DNA of 64,000 bases from Deltaproteobacteria bacterium. Lineage in GTDB: Bacteria; Myxococcota_A; UBA796; CAJQPC01. The position numbers and the translations under genes are program-made. The notes beneath the pieces were generated by a model. The model did not search any database. It saw only the letters and a program-made list of their open reading frames with translations, and was not told the origin of the DNA. Below, one piece after another: positions 17,212-26,698 of the stretch; position 1 is the first letter of the stretch; each line of letters opens with the position of its first letter. The stretch spans positions 182,445-246,444 of the forward strand of contig JADKFE010000001.1 in NCBI GenBank assembly GCA_016717595.1, given 5' to 3'.

Positions 17212-18651
17212 TCAGCCGCCGATGAGCCTGCGGTGCTCGGGCATCATGCAGCGGCTCTGCACCACGTCGATGCCCGCGTCGGAGAGGCGCGCGGCGGCGA
17301 GATCGTGGCGGATGCCGAGCTGAAACCACACAAACTTGGGCCGCCAGGGCAAGGCGAGCAGCTCTTCAGCGATGGCGGGGAGCTGGTCGGGGCGCCGGAA
17401 GATCTCGACCCCCACCACGGGCGCGGGGAGCTCGGCCAAAGACGCCACGGCGGCGGCGCCCAGCCAAGGCCGCCCGGCGAGCTTGGGGTTCACGCCGATC
17501 GGCTGCCAGCCCCGGGCGTGGAGGTAGGCCGGGACGTAGAAGGCGGGCTCCCAGTCGCCCTCTTTGGCGCCGAGCACGGCGAGGGAGACGGGGGTTTGCA
17601 GGATGGCCCGCAGCGCGGCGTCATCGGTGAGGATCGGGGGGGGGGGCGGGGGGGGGGGGGCCGGGCGGGGCCGCCGGGGGGGGGCGGGGGGGGGCGGGGG
17701 GGGGGGGGGGGGGGGGGGGGGGGCGGCGGGGGGGGGGGGGGGGGGGGGATGACCACCGCTGCAGGCTGCGCGGCTGAGGCGATCGTTGATGGCGACGCCC
17801 AGGGCGGCGTCGGCGGAGGGCTCGGCGAGGAGCAGATCGACGCCCAGGGCGTCTAAGCGCCGCAGCTCGGCGTACAGTCGCCGGGCGTGGTCTTGGGGCT
17901 CACCGGCGCGGAGGATCGCCACGGTGAGGCCTTGGGCGCGGGCGACCTCGGCCTCAGCGTCGGGGGTGTGGCTCAGGCGCAGGGCCGTGCGTGGGGCGTA
18001 GTGGCCGGGCAAGGTGCCGGGGGCGACGGTCTGGGAGGCGCCCAAGGGGCCGATGATCGCGGCGATGGCCTCGGCGGACACGCCGCCGGGGCGCAAGAGC
18101 GCGGGGACGGGGCCCGAGAGATCGACGATGCTGCTCTCCACACCGACGACGGCGGGGCCGCCATCCAACACAAACACCCCGGGCAGCTCCTCGCGGACGT
18201 GCTCGGCGGTGGTGGGGCTCACCCGGCCAAAACGGTTGGCCGAGGGCGCGGCGAGGGGGCGCCCGAAGGCCCACAGGAGCGCCTGGGCGACGGGGTGGGC
18301 GGGCACACGCAGGGCGACGGTCTCGCGGCCGCCGGTGACCTCGTCCGGCACGCCGGGCTTGCGGCGCAGCACGATCGTGAGCGGGCCGGGCCAGAGGGCG
18401 GCGGCGAGGGCCTCGGCGCGGGGGTCGGGCTCGGCGTACCGCGGCAGCCACGCGGCGTCGCCGAGGTGCAGGATGAGCGGGTGATCCACGGGGCGGCCCT
18501 TCGCGGCGAAGATCTGGCGCAGGGCGAAGGGGTTGAGGCCGTCGGCGGCGAGGCCGTAGACCGTCTCGGTGGGCAAACCGACGAGCTGACCGGCCTGGAG
18601 CAGCATCAGGGCGCGAGACATCGCGGCGGGTTCGGGCAGGGTGGGGGACAT
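17212..18651 (-). CDS. L-threonylcarbamoyladenylate synthase (Sua5/TsaC type) fused via poly-Pro linker to a CoA-binding domain
   Basis: YrdC motifs 'LPTETVYGLAADG', 'KGRPVDHPLILH', 'SANRFGRVSPTTA'. SUA5 domain 'GVESSIVDL...HYAP'. About 41 codons of Pro-rich linker. Then 'LAVLGAKEGDWEPAFYVPAYLHARGWQPIGVNPK' (CoA-binding/YccU-like). Confidence 0.75.
   Translation of the reverse strand: MSPTLPEPAAMSRALMLLQAGQLVGLPTETVYGLAADGLNPFALRQIFAAKGRPVDHPLILHLGDAAWLPRYAEPDPRAEALAAALWPGPLTIVLRRKPGVPDEVTGGRETVALRVPAHPVAQALLWAFGRPLAAPSANRFGRVSPTTAEHVREELPGVFVLDGGPAVVGVESSIVDLSGPVPALLRPGGVSAEAIAAIIGPLGASQTVAPGTLPGHYAPRTALRLSHTPDAEAEVARAQGLTVAILRAGEPQDHARRLYAELRRLDALGVDLLLAEPSADAALGVAINDRLSRAACSGGHPPPPPPPAAPPPPPPPPPPPPAPPRRPRPAPPPPPPPPILTDDAALRAILQTPVSLAVLGAKEGDWEPAFYVPAYLHARGWQPIGVNPKLAGRPWLGAAAVASLAELPAPVVGVEIFRRPDQLPAIAEELLALPWRPKFVWFQLGIRHDLAAARLSDAGIDVVQSRCMMPEHRRLIGG
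17636..17758. repeat. G/C-only low-complexity tract (111 G + 12 C on the + strand; runs G11, G13, G9, G9, G28, G31)
   Basis: Counted by hand from the printed lines. It lies inside the Sua5 fusion ORF and reads as CCC/CCG proline codons on the minus strand. Confidence 0.9.
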
Positions 18652-18759
18652 GGGGCAGGCTTAACGTGGGCGGGGCGCGCCCGGCGAATGCAACCGGCGC
18701 GGATCCGTGGCATCCTGCGGGCCGCGCGCCGCCCCTGCGCCGAGAGGAGGACTGAGAGC

Positions 18760-20371
18760 ATGACGACCACCGCCCGCCGAATCGCCCAGGCCCTCGCCGC
18801 GCGTGGGGTTCGCCACGCCTTCGGCATGCCCGGCGGGGAGACGCTCCCGTTGTTGCAGGCCCTGGATGAGGAGGGCATCCGCTTCATCTTGATCCGCCAC
18901 GAGGGCAGCGCCGGGTTCGCCGCCGCCGCCGCGGCCCAGCTCAGCGGGGCGCCGGGCGTGTGTGTCTCCACCCTGGGCCCCGGCGCCACGAACCTCACCA
19001 CGCCCCTGGCCGGGGCCCTGCTCGACCGGGACGCCGTCGTGGCCGTGACCGGCGAGGGCCCGCGCGGCCTGCGCAACGTCTACACCCACCAGGTCCTCGA
19101 TCAGACCGCGCTGCTGCGCCACGCCGTCAAACACGCCGTCACCCTCACCGCTGAAGAGGCGTGGCGAGAGGTGCCCCTGGCCCTGCGACACCTAAACGCC
19201 GGGCGGCCGGGGCCCGTGCTGTTGGCGCTGCCTCAAGACGTGTCCGTCGCCGAGCAGCCCCGGCGCTTCGTGGACCACTTTGAGCCCGCCCCGACCTCGC
19301 CCGCCCCCGAGGCCGTCGCCGCCGCCGTCGCCACCCTTCGGCGCGCGCGGCGACCGTGGGTGCTCGTGGGCTTGGGCGGGATGTCCGAGGCCGTCGCCGC
19401 GCCCCTGCGTGTGGTGGTCGAGGCGCTGGGCGCGCCGACCTTGACCACCTACAAAGCCAAAGGGGCGCTGCCGTCGTCGCATCCCCTCAGCGTCGGGGCA
19501 TTTGGGCTCTCCAGCACCGCCGACGCCGTGTGGCAGCGCGCGCTCGCCGAGGCGGATCTCATCCTCGCCGTGGGCTTGGACCCCGTCGAGCTGCGCCCGC
19601 AGTGGTTGCCGGGCTGGGACGCCTCTGTCCCCGTGGTCACCGTAGACCAAGCGCCGCCGCTTGACCTCGTTCACCCGCTCAGCCACTGCCTCGTCGGTGA
19701 CGTGCCCCGGGCCTTGGAGGCCCTCGCCGCCGCGCTGACCCCAGACGCCCCGCCGCCTTGGCCCACAGAGACCGTCGCCCGCTGGCGGCAGGCCCACGAC
19801 GCCTTGTTTGAGGAGGACGGCGACAGTTTGGGCCCCGCGGCGGCGGTTCGTGCGATGCAGGCCGGGCTGCCCCAAGACTGTGTCGTCACCCTCGACGTCG
19901 GCGCGCACCGCATCACCGCGGCCCAGCTCTGGCGCTGTGAGGCGCCCAACCGGCTCTTGCAGTCAGAACGGTCTGTGCAGCATGGGCTATGGCCTGCCCG
20001 CGGCCATCGCCGCCAAGCTCACCCGCCCCGAGGCCACGGTGGCGGCGCTCATCGGCGACGGCGGGCTGTGGATGACCTTGGGAGAGCTGGGCACGGCGGC
20101 GGAGCTAGGGCTTGACCTCGTGATCGTCTATTTCTCCGATCAGAGCCTCGCGCTCATCGAGGAGAAGCAGCGGCGAATGCGCCTGCCGCGCCTGGGCGTG
20201 AGCTTCCAGAACCCCGAGGTGACGTCGTTGGCCCGGGCGTTCGGCGCTGAAGGCCGCCGGGTCACCGAGGCTGGGGCCTTGACCGCCGAGGTCGCCGCCG
20301 CCGTCGCTCGGGGTGGGCTCAGCGTGATCGAGGCCGTGATTGACCCGCGCCACTACGCGCGGCAGGTCTGA
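18760..20371 (+). pseudogene. thiamine-pyrophosphate-dependent enzyme (acetolactate-synthase-like), frame-broken as sequenced
   Basis: ATG 18760 follows GAGAGGAGG. 'HAFGMPGGETLPLL'. After about 19960-19972 the sensible sequence ('NGLCSMGYGLPAAIAAK', 'GDGGLWMTLGELGTA') continues in the 19808..20371 frame. 'cagtcagaacgg' looks like one extra base. Confidence 0.75.
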
Positions 20372-20383
20372 GGGCCCCGGCGG

Positions 20384-21835
20384 ATGCTGTTTAACAGCAA
20401 GGTCTTCCTCTTGTTTGTGGTGGGGTTCTTCCCGCTGTTTTACGCCGTGAACGATCGGGCGCGGCCGTGGCTGTTGTTGGTCGCGAGCTACGTCTTTTAT
20501 GGCTTCTGGGATCCTTCAGTCTGTGTGTTGATCTTCCTCTCGACGCTGTTGGACTTTGTGTGTGGTCACCAGATCGCCTCGACTGAGAACGACACCGCGC
20601 GGCGGCGCTGGCTGGGCTTGTCGCTGCTGGGCAACTTAGGCGCCTTGGGCTTCTTCAAGTACCACGACTTTTTTGTGGGAGAGATGGCGTACTTGCTGAG
20701 CGGCTTAGGCTTCCACGTCACCGCCGAGGACTACCTGCTGCGCCTGATGTTGCCCGCGGGCATCAGCTTCTACACGTTTCAGACGATGTCGTACACCATC
20801 GACATCTACCGCCGCGTTCATGCCCCCGAGCCGAGCCTCTTACGTTTCGCGGTGTATGTGGCGTATTTTCCGCAGCTCGTCGCCGGGCCCGTCGAGCGCG
20901 CTGAGCACCTGCTGCCCCAGCTCGCGCGACCCTTCACGCTCACCCGGGCCTTGGTGATGGAGGGCGCGTTCCTCATCCTCTTGGGATTTGTGAAGAAGGT
21001 CGTCATCGCCGACCGCCTCGCCCGCGACATCGCCCCGGCCTTTGAGAAACACGCCACGGATGGCGCCTTGGCCGCGGCGAACATGCTCCTGTTCACCACC
21101 CAGATCTACGTCGACTTCTCCAGCTACAGCGACATCGCCATCGGCCTCGGCCTCTTGATGGGCGTGCGCATCTGCTCCAACTTTGACCTGCCGTTTGTGG
21201 TGCCGTCGATCCCCGAGCGTTGGCGCCGCTGGCACCTCTCGATGAGCCGCTGGTTTCGGGACTACATCTTCATCCCGCTGGGCGGCAGCCGCCGAGGCTT
21301 CTGGCGCACCCAGGTGAACATCCTCATCGTGATGTTCCTGAGCGGCCTGTGGCACGGCGCGAGCAACAACTTCGTGATGTGGGGTGTGCTCAACGGCCTG
21401 ACGATGGTGGGGCACGCCCTGGTGAAGCCGGGCCTCGACCGTGTGTCAGGCGTGATGGCGCAGGCGAACTTCACCCGCGTGCTCTACTTTTACCTCTGCT
21501 GCTGGGTGACGTACTGCACCATCGCCAGCATCAACATCTTCTTTCGCACCCCCGACTGGGACACGGCGCTCTCGTTCTGGCGGGCGATCTATGGGAGCGG
21601 GCTTGAGCCGTATCTGAGCCGCCTGCCGCGCCTGCACAAGCTCCCCGAGCCGATCCTGCACGGCGCGGCGCTCACGCTGCTGGTGTTTGTGCTGCATGAG
21701 GCCGAGCGTTATCTGGGCGTACAGCGGTGGATACTGCAGCGCCCCGGCGCCTGGGCGGTCTTCTGTGTGGTGAGCTTGTGGCTCATCATCACCTTCGGCA
21801 TCTCGGGGCCGATGTTCATCTACTTCCAGTTCTGA
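20384..21835 (+). CDS. MBOAT-family membrane O-acyltransferase (AlgI/DltB-like)
   Basis: Multi-pass hydrophobic protein with 'WRRWHLSMSRWFRDYIFIPLGGSRRG' and 'SGLWHGASNNF' (the conserved MBOAT His). Confidence 0.85.
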   Translation: MLFNSKVFLLFVVGFFPLFYAVNDRARPWLLLVASYVFYGFWDPSVCVLIFLSTLLDFVCGHQIASTENDTARRRWLGLSLLGNLGALGFFKYHDFFVGEMAYLLSGLGFHVTAEDYLLRLMLPAGISFYTFQTMSYTIDIYRRVHAPEPSLLRFAVYVAYFPQLVAGPVERAEHLLPQLARPFTLTRALVMEGAFLILLGFVKKVVIADRLARDIAPAFEKHATDGALAAANMLLFTTQIYVDFSSYSDIAIGLGLLMGVRICSNFDLPFVVPSIPERWRRWHLSMSRWFRDYIFIPLGGSRRGFWRTQVNILIVMFLSGLWHGASNNFVMWGVLNGLTMVGHALVKPGLDRVSGVMAQANFTRVLYFYLCCWVTYCTIASINIFFRTPDWDTALSFWRAIYGSGLEPYLSRLPRLHKLPEPILHGAALTLLVFVLHEAERYLGVQRWILQRPGAWAVFCVVSLWLIITFGISGPMFIYFQF

Positions 21836-21836
21836 G

Positions 21837-23002
21837 GTGACCGTGAACGAACAAGACCCGCAGCGCGCGCAGACCGAGGCCGAGACCCGCGACGCCGCGC
21901 GTTTTGCGCTGGGCCTCATGGCGCTGGCGGCCTTGTTCTTTGGGGTGTTGAGCCTGGGATACGGCCTACGCGCGCCCTTCGTCGAGCTTGGCCGCGAGGG
22001 CACGGTGAGCTGGATGTTCTGGAAGCTCGACACCTTAGACACCGCGGCGCTTCGGGCCCACCCGGGCGGGCGGGTGATGTGGCTGGTGGGCAGCTCTGTG
22101 ATCCGCGAGTCGTTTGACGAGGCGCTCGTGAACCAGGGCCTCGCCGAGCGAGGCAGCGTGTGGCGGGTGCAGAAGTTCGGGTTTAACCGCGGCGCCGCGG
22201 GCCTCGCCGCCGGGCTCGTCGCCGAGCTGCCGATTGAGCCCGGGGACACGGTCGTACACAACGTCTCCGTCGGCAACCTTCGCGCCGACTGGCTCAGCTT
22301 CGCCAACATCCCTGAGGAGCGACTGGTGAGCCTGCTCACCGCTGGGGAGCTCCTCGGGCTCAAGGAGCTGAGCGCGCAGGAGAAGCTCAGCGCGCTATTG
22401 ATGATCCCCGAGGGGTACTGGCGGTTTCGGAATGAGCACATGAACGGCCTCACCCGACTGTTCGCCTGGCCCATCTGGGGCGGAGCGTTTCCAACCCCCA
22501 AGACGAAGAGCTACAACCTCACCTTCCGCACCCTGGAGCGTGAGCGCAAGAGCCCCCGCAGCTTCGCCGACCCCACGGCCTATCGACTGTATCAAGACAT
22601 AGAGCGCACGGATCTCTCCCCGGAGCAGATCAACACCGCGGCTTGGTCCGGATGCGCCGTCTGTGTGAGGCCCGGGGCGCGGCGCTGCTGCTCATCGACG
22701 TGCCGCCCACGCGCCTGTTTCAGTCCCAGCTCATGTCCGCCGAGCTGCGCGCGGTCTGGGATGTCTGGCGTGAGGAGCAGGGCGTTCATTATTTCCCGCA
22801 GATCCCTGAGGACGACTACTTCGACCTCATCCACCCCAACTTTCGGGGCCGCGCGGCCCTGACCCCGGCGCTCGTGGACTGGATCTTGGACCCCCAGCGC
22901 GGCGCGCCGACGCCTTTGGGCGACTGGACCCCGCCGACCCACACGCCGGGCGCCGAGGCCGACCTGGGCTTGGATCTCGAAGCTGAAGAGGAGCCTGAGT
23001 GA
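21837..23002 (+). pseudogene. MBOAT-associated accessory protein (DltD/AlgJ-like role inferred), frame-broken as sequenced
   Basis: It starts 2 nt after the MBOAT stop. The sensible sequence switches from frame 21837.. to frame 22643..23002 ('VRMRRLCEARGAALLLIDVPP...HPNFRG') near 22638-22646. Confidence 0.5.
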
Positions 23003-23057
23003 AGCCGCGCGACCCGATCCCGGCTGTGGCATCTTGTGCGAGCGTCGAGGTGTGCCG

Positions 23058-23669
23058 ATGAAGGACCTGTTCGAACGATGTCCCGAGCTCCTCGCGGAGA
23101 CGGCCCCGCCGCTCACGGCGATCCTGAGCGCGCTGCGTGAGGTGCGCCCCTGTGAGCTTGAGCTCGCCGCGTCGCTGCGCCCCGATCCAGGCCGCCCTTA
23201 TGGTCGCCGCGTGTTCTTGGGCACCCCGGCGGTGGAGGGCATGTTGGCCACCTGGACGCCGGGGGCGAGCTGCGCCCCCCACGACCACGGCGGCTCGTCG
23301 GGCGGTGTGCGGGTGCTGCGGGGCGTGGCGACGCACCGGATCTACCGGGTGATCGACGGCGCGCTGCGCCTGATCGCCGAGGAGCGCGCCGCCGCCGGAG
23401 ACGTGCTGGCGTTCGGCGCCGGGCTCATTCACAGCATGGGCGACGGCGGCGGAGACGCCTCGTTGGTGACCCTGCACCTCTACGCCGGGCCCATCCCCCA
23501 CATGGTCGTCTATGACCTCACGCGCGGCGAGACCCTGAAGGTAGACGGCGGCTGCGGCGCCTGGGTGCCCGATGACCCGGCGCAGATCCTCGGTCGCTGG
23601 GCGGGGTTTGTCTCACCCTGCAGCGTCTTGGCCTCAGCCCCTCGGCTCGGCCTCGACGGCGAGGCCTAG
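23058..23669 (+). CDS. cupin-fold protein (cysteine-dioxygenase-like)
   Basis: 'CAPHDHGGSSGGVRVLRGVATHRIY...GLIHSMG' cupin His pattern. ATG 23058 is preferred. Confidence 0.5.
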   Translation: MKDLFERCPELLAETAPPLTAILSALREVRPCELELAASLRPDPGRPYGRRVFLGTPAVEGMLATWTPGASCAPHDHGGSSGGVRVLRGVATHRIYRVIDGALRLIAEERAAAGDVLAFGAGLIHSMGDGGGDASLVTLHLYAGPIPHMVVYDLTRGETLKVDGGCGAWVPDDPAQILGRWAGFVSPCSVLASAPRLGLDGEA

Positions 23670-25418
23670 CTCCATCAGGCGTTTGGCGAGGACCGGCAGG
23701 TCCGACCGCCGCACGAGGCGCTGCTCGGGGGTGACGGCGCGCTCCAGGAGCGGCCCGGCGAGCTCATCACGGCACAGGGCCTCGGCCACGCGGGCCGGCA
23801 GGTGGATCAGCAGGGCGTCCTCCAGACGGCAGGGCGGCAGGCCGTTCACCGCGAGCACGGCGGTCTCTAAGGCGCCGGGCAGGGTGGGGGAGACGTGTAA
23901 GCGGCGCAGCGTCTCTAAGAGCGCCTCGGGCTCGCGGGTGCGTTTGGGCGCGAGGCGGTAACGCAGACCGCCGCCTTCGCTCTTGGGCAGCGGCTCACCC
24001 ACCCGGGCCAAGGCCGCGCGTACGGTGAGCGCGTCCTCGCCGCTTGAGACCCAGAGCTGATTGTTCACCATGGAGAACCGCGCCGGGGGCGGCTCTTGGC
24101 CGCCGTAGTCGATCACCCGGGCCTCTTTGGTCTCGGCCTTCACCACGGTGAGCTGGCCGTTCTCCTCCAAGACGTTCACCCCGGTGAACAGCGTGATGCG
24201 CTCGGCGCTGCGGGCCCAGCCTTGCAGCGTCTGTTTGACCGACCACGGCATGCCGACGCGGCTGCGCTCGGTGAGGAACTCCAGGGTGTCGGTGTGACCG
24301 GCGGCGAGGTCGGCGGCGACGCCCTCCTGGGTGATGCGGTGCATGTGGACGCGGTCGCCGCCGGTGTAGGGCGCGAGGCGGCACAGGCGACCGTATTGAT
24401 CGAGGGGCAGCTCCCCCACGCCGACGAGCACGGCGAGATCCGGGGTCAACATGAAGCCCGGCGTGAGGCGGCGGGGCTCCCCTGCGCGGCGCAGCTCGAC
24501 CACCCCGGCGGCGTCTCGGGTGGCCTCGATGATCCCCAGCCGGTGCAGGGCGTCGGCGGCGAGGCGCAGGCGCGGGGCCTCGACCCGGCTCCAGCCCGTG
24601 AGGTCAAACCGGGTGCCGGGGTGCTCGGCGTAGCCGCCGGAGGGATCCGGCGAGCACAACACCTGCCGAGCGTGCTGGCTGAGCAGGGTGAGGGTAGGCT
24701 CCAAACACAACCAGCGATCGTCGATGAGGCTGAGCAGGGCGCGGGCGGCGGGGGCGAGCTCGGGCTCTAGCACGGCGACGGGATCGACCAGGGCCCGGGC
24801 CCGGGACTCGGGGAAACCGTAAAGCCTGCCCACGGCGGGCCGCGCGAGGCCCACGGCCCGGGCGTAGCTCAAGGCGAGCTCCCAGCGCAGCTCGTCGTCA
24901 CCCAAGGCCCCGAGCACCCGGCGGCGCACGTCTTTGCGGGCGTTGCCGTCGCGGTTGAGGCCCAGCGGGCTGGCCTCTAAGGCGGCGGCGACGACGACGG
25001 CGTCCCAGCGGGCGTCGGCGGGCGGGGACTGCGGCGTAGGCGCCTCGGCGGGCCGGGGCAGGCGCTCCTCCAAGGGCGTGCGGCGCTTGAGGCCGGGGTT
25101 CACCCGGCAGGCGGCGGCGTAGTGGCGGGGGTCGATGGTGGCGCCGACGCCCGGGGCCGTGTGGGGCAGGATGAACCCGCCGCGCCACAAGGCCTCGCCT
25201 TGGGCCTCGACGAGGGGGCGCAGGCGCTGATCGACGGCGCCAGAGGTGTCCCCGGTGAGCAGGAGCAGGTCGAGCAGGTCGCGGGCCACGTCGTCTAGGC
25301 CCGGCGCGGCGGCGCAGACCAGCGCTGGATCGCCGATGGCCTCCGGGCGCAGCGTCATTCGGGCCAAGAAGGCCGAGTCATAGGCGCGGACGAGGCGCTG
25401 GATGGACTTGTCAGACAC
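23634..25418 (-). CDS. hypothetical protein (resembles helicase-associated DNA-binding proteins found beside XPB-type helicases)
   Basis: Long ORF of ordinary composition. GTG 25418 lies just downstream of the preceding gene's stop. The track's N-terminal extension to 25790 overlaps that gene. Assignment is from memory only. Confidence 0.4.
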   Translation of the reverse strand: MSDKSIQRLVRAYDSAFLARMTLRPEAIGDPALVCAAAPGLDDVARDLLDLLLLTGDTSGAVDQRLRPLVEAQGEALWRGGFILPHTAPGVGATIDPRHYAAACRVNPGLKRRTPLEERLPRPAEAPTPQSPPADARWDAVVVAAALEASPLGLNRDGNARKDVRRRVLGALGDDELRWELALSYARAVGLARPAVGRLYGFPESRARALVDPVAVLEPELAPAARALLSLIDDRWLCLEPTLTLLSQHARQVLCSPDPSGGYAEHPGTRFDLTGWSRVEAPRLRLAADALHRLGIIEATRDAAGVVELRRAGEPRRLTPGFMLTPDLAVLVGVGELPLDQYGRLCRLAPYTGGDRVHMHRITQEGVAADLAAGHTDTLEFLTERSRVGMPWSVKQTLQGWARSAERITLFTGVNVLEENGQLTVVKAETKEARVIDYGGQEPPPARFSMVNNQLWVSSGEDALTVRAALARVGEPLPKSEGGGLRYRLAPKRTREPEALLETLRRLHVSPTLPGALETAVLAVNGLPPCRLEDALLIHLPARVAEALCRDELAGPLLERAVTPEQRLVRRSDLPVLAKRLMELGLAVEAEPRG

Positions 25419-25437
25419 GCGAGTCGCCCCCGAGATG

Positions 25438-25992
25438 CTATGCGCCGGACTTCGCGGCGGTCCACTCACCCTTGGCCGAGCAGTCGATGTTTCCGTCGAG
25501 GTCGAGATCAACACCGATGAAGGCGTGGCCCTCGATGTAGGTGCGATCCCGGTACACGTCATCGTAGGTGAGGCCACCCACGGCGATGTGCATGTTGCCC
25601 TCGGCGGACTCATGCACGCCGGAGAAGGTGGCCCCGCCGGTTGGGGCCACGAGGCCGAAGAAGCGCTCGCCGCTGTCCTCATCAAAGACGAGGTAGAGCT
25701 GGTCGGGCACGCGGCCTTTGATCTCCATCGCGCCGTGCACCACGGTGTCGGAGCCTTTGGAGAGCCCGGCCAGGCCGCAGGACTCCTCAAACTGTTTGGC
25801 GCCCATGGTGGCCGTCCACGAGCCCAAGATGTTGGGCACGTTGCCCGTGTCGCCGCCGTCGCCGTCGACGTCGCCGCACTCGTCGGGGATCTCCGCGACG
25901 CTGTCGTCCCCGGCGCGGCGATCGGCGCAGGCGAGGAGGCTCGGCGCCAACAGCGCGGCGGCGAAGGTGAGGCGGGCGGGCGTGGGGCTCAT
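25438..25992 (-). CDS. lipoprotein, function unknown
   Basis: Signal peptide with lipobox 'PSLLAC'. 184 aa. Coupled to the upstream OmpA-like gene (4-nt overlap). Confidence 0.45.
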   Translation of the reverse strand: MSPTPARLTFAAALLAPSLLACADRRAGDDSVAEIPDECGDVDGDGGDTGNVPNILGSWTATMGAKQFEESCGLAGLSKGSDTVVHGAMEIKGRVPDQLYLVFDEDSGERFFGLVAPTGGATFSGVHESAEGNMHIAVGGLTYDDVYRDRTYIEGHAFIGVDLDLDGNIDCSAKGEWTAAKSGA

Positions 25993-26648
25993 GGGCTCGG
26001 CTCCTGGCGGGGCGCGGGCACAAAACGCAGCTCGACGCGGCGGTTTTGTTCACGACCCTCGGGGGTGGAGTTGTCGGCGATGGGCGAGAAGCCGCCTTGA
26101 CCGGCGATGGTGAGGCGCTCCGGGGGCACGCCGTAGGTCTCGGAGAGCGCCCGCGCCAAGGCCGCGGCGCGGGCGGCGGAGAGCTCCCACACGCTGGGGA
26201 ACCCTTTGCCTTGGCTGCCCGGGGGCAGCTTGTCGTCGGTGTGGGAGACGATCAGCAGGTTGAACTCAGGGTGCAGGCTCAGCGACGTCGCGACCAGATC
26301 GAGGGTGCGCGCCGAGTCGGGGTGCAGCTTCACGCCGCCGTCCAAAAACAGCGCGCGGCTCGGCGCGAGGAGCACGACGACGGCGCCTTCGCGGGTGACG
26401 GACAGCTCGGTGTCGGAGAAGAGCTGGTGAAGCTCGGCGTAGAGCGTCGGGGCGGCGGTGTCCGTGGCGCAGGTCTTGAGGCGCTCGGTGAGCAGCTCGT
26501 TCTGCACCTTGAGCGCCAACACCTCCCGATCGAGGGCGCTGACCAGGGCGCGCTGCTCGCTCAAGCCCGCGCAGGCCCCGAGCGCGAGGGGCGCTAGGGC
26601 GAGAAGCGACGGCAGCGACGGCAGAGCAGGGCGCATCTTGTGGAGCAT
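25989..26648 (-). CDS. OmpA/MotB-family lipoprotein
   Basis: Lipobox 'ALGAC'. The C-terminal OmpA-like region reads 'WELSAARAAALARAL...NSTPEGREQNRRVELRF'. Confidence 0.7.
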   Translation of the reverse strand: MLHKMRPALPSLPSLLALAPLALGACAGLSEQRALVSALDREVLALKVQNELLTERLKTCATDTAAPTLYAELHQLFSDTELSVTREGAVVVLLAPSRALFLDGGVKLHPDSARTLDLVATSLSLHPEFNLLIVSHTDDKLPPGSQGKGFPSVWELSAARAAALARALSETYGVPPERLTIAGQGGFSPIADNSTPEGREQNRRVELRFVPAPRQEPSP

Positions 26649-26698
26649 AGCGGATTCGGGGCCGGTTGGTCACCCCGTCGCCGTCATCCTCCCCCTCG

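Noticed and set aside
17233-17856. Plus-strand Gly-rich ORFs (17233..17856, 17564..17752) and an alternative minus-frame Pro-rich ORF (17490..17756) across the G tract.
   Set aside because: They are by-products of the homopolymer tract. Only the 17212..18651 minus frame carries the Sua5 and CoA-binding motifs on both sides.
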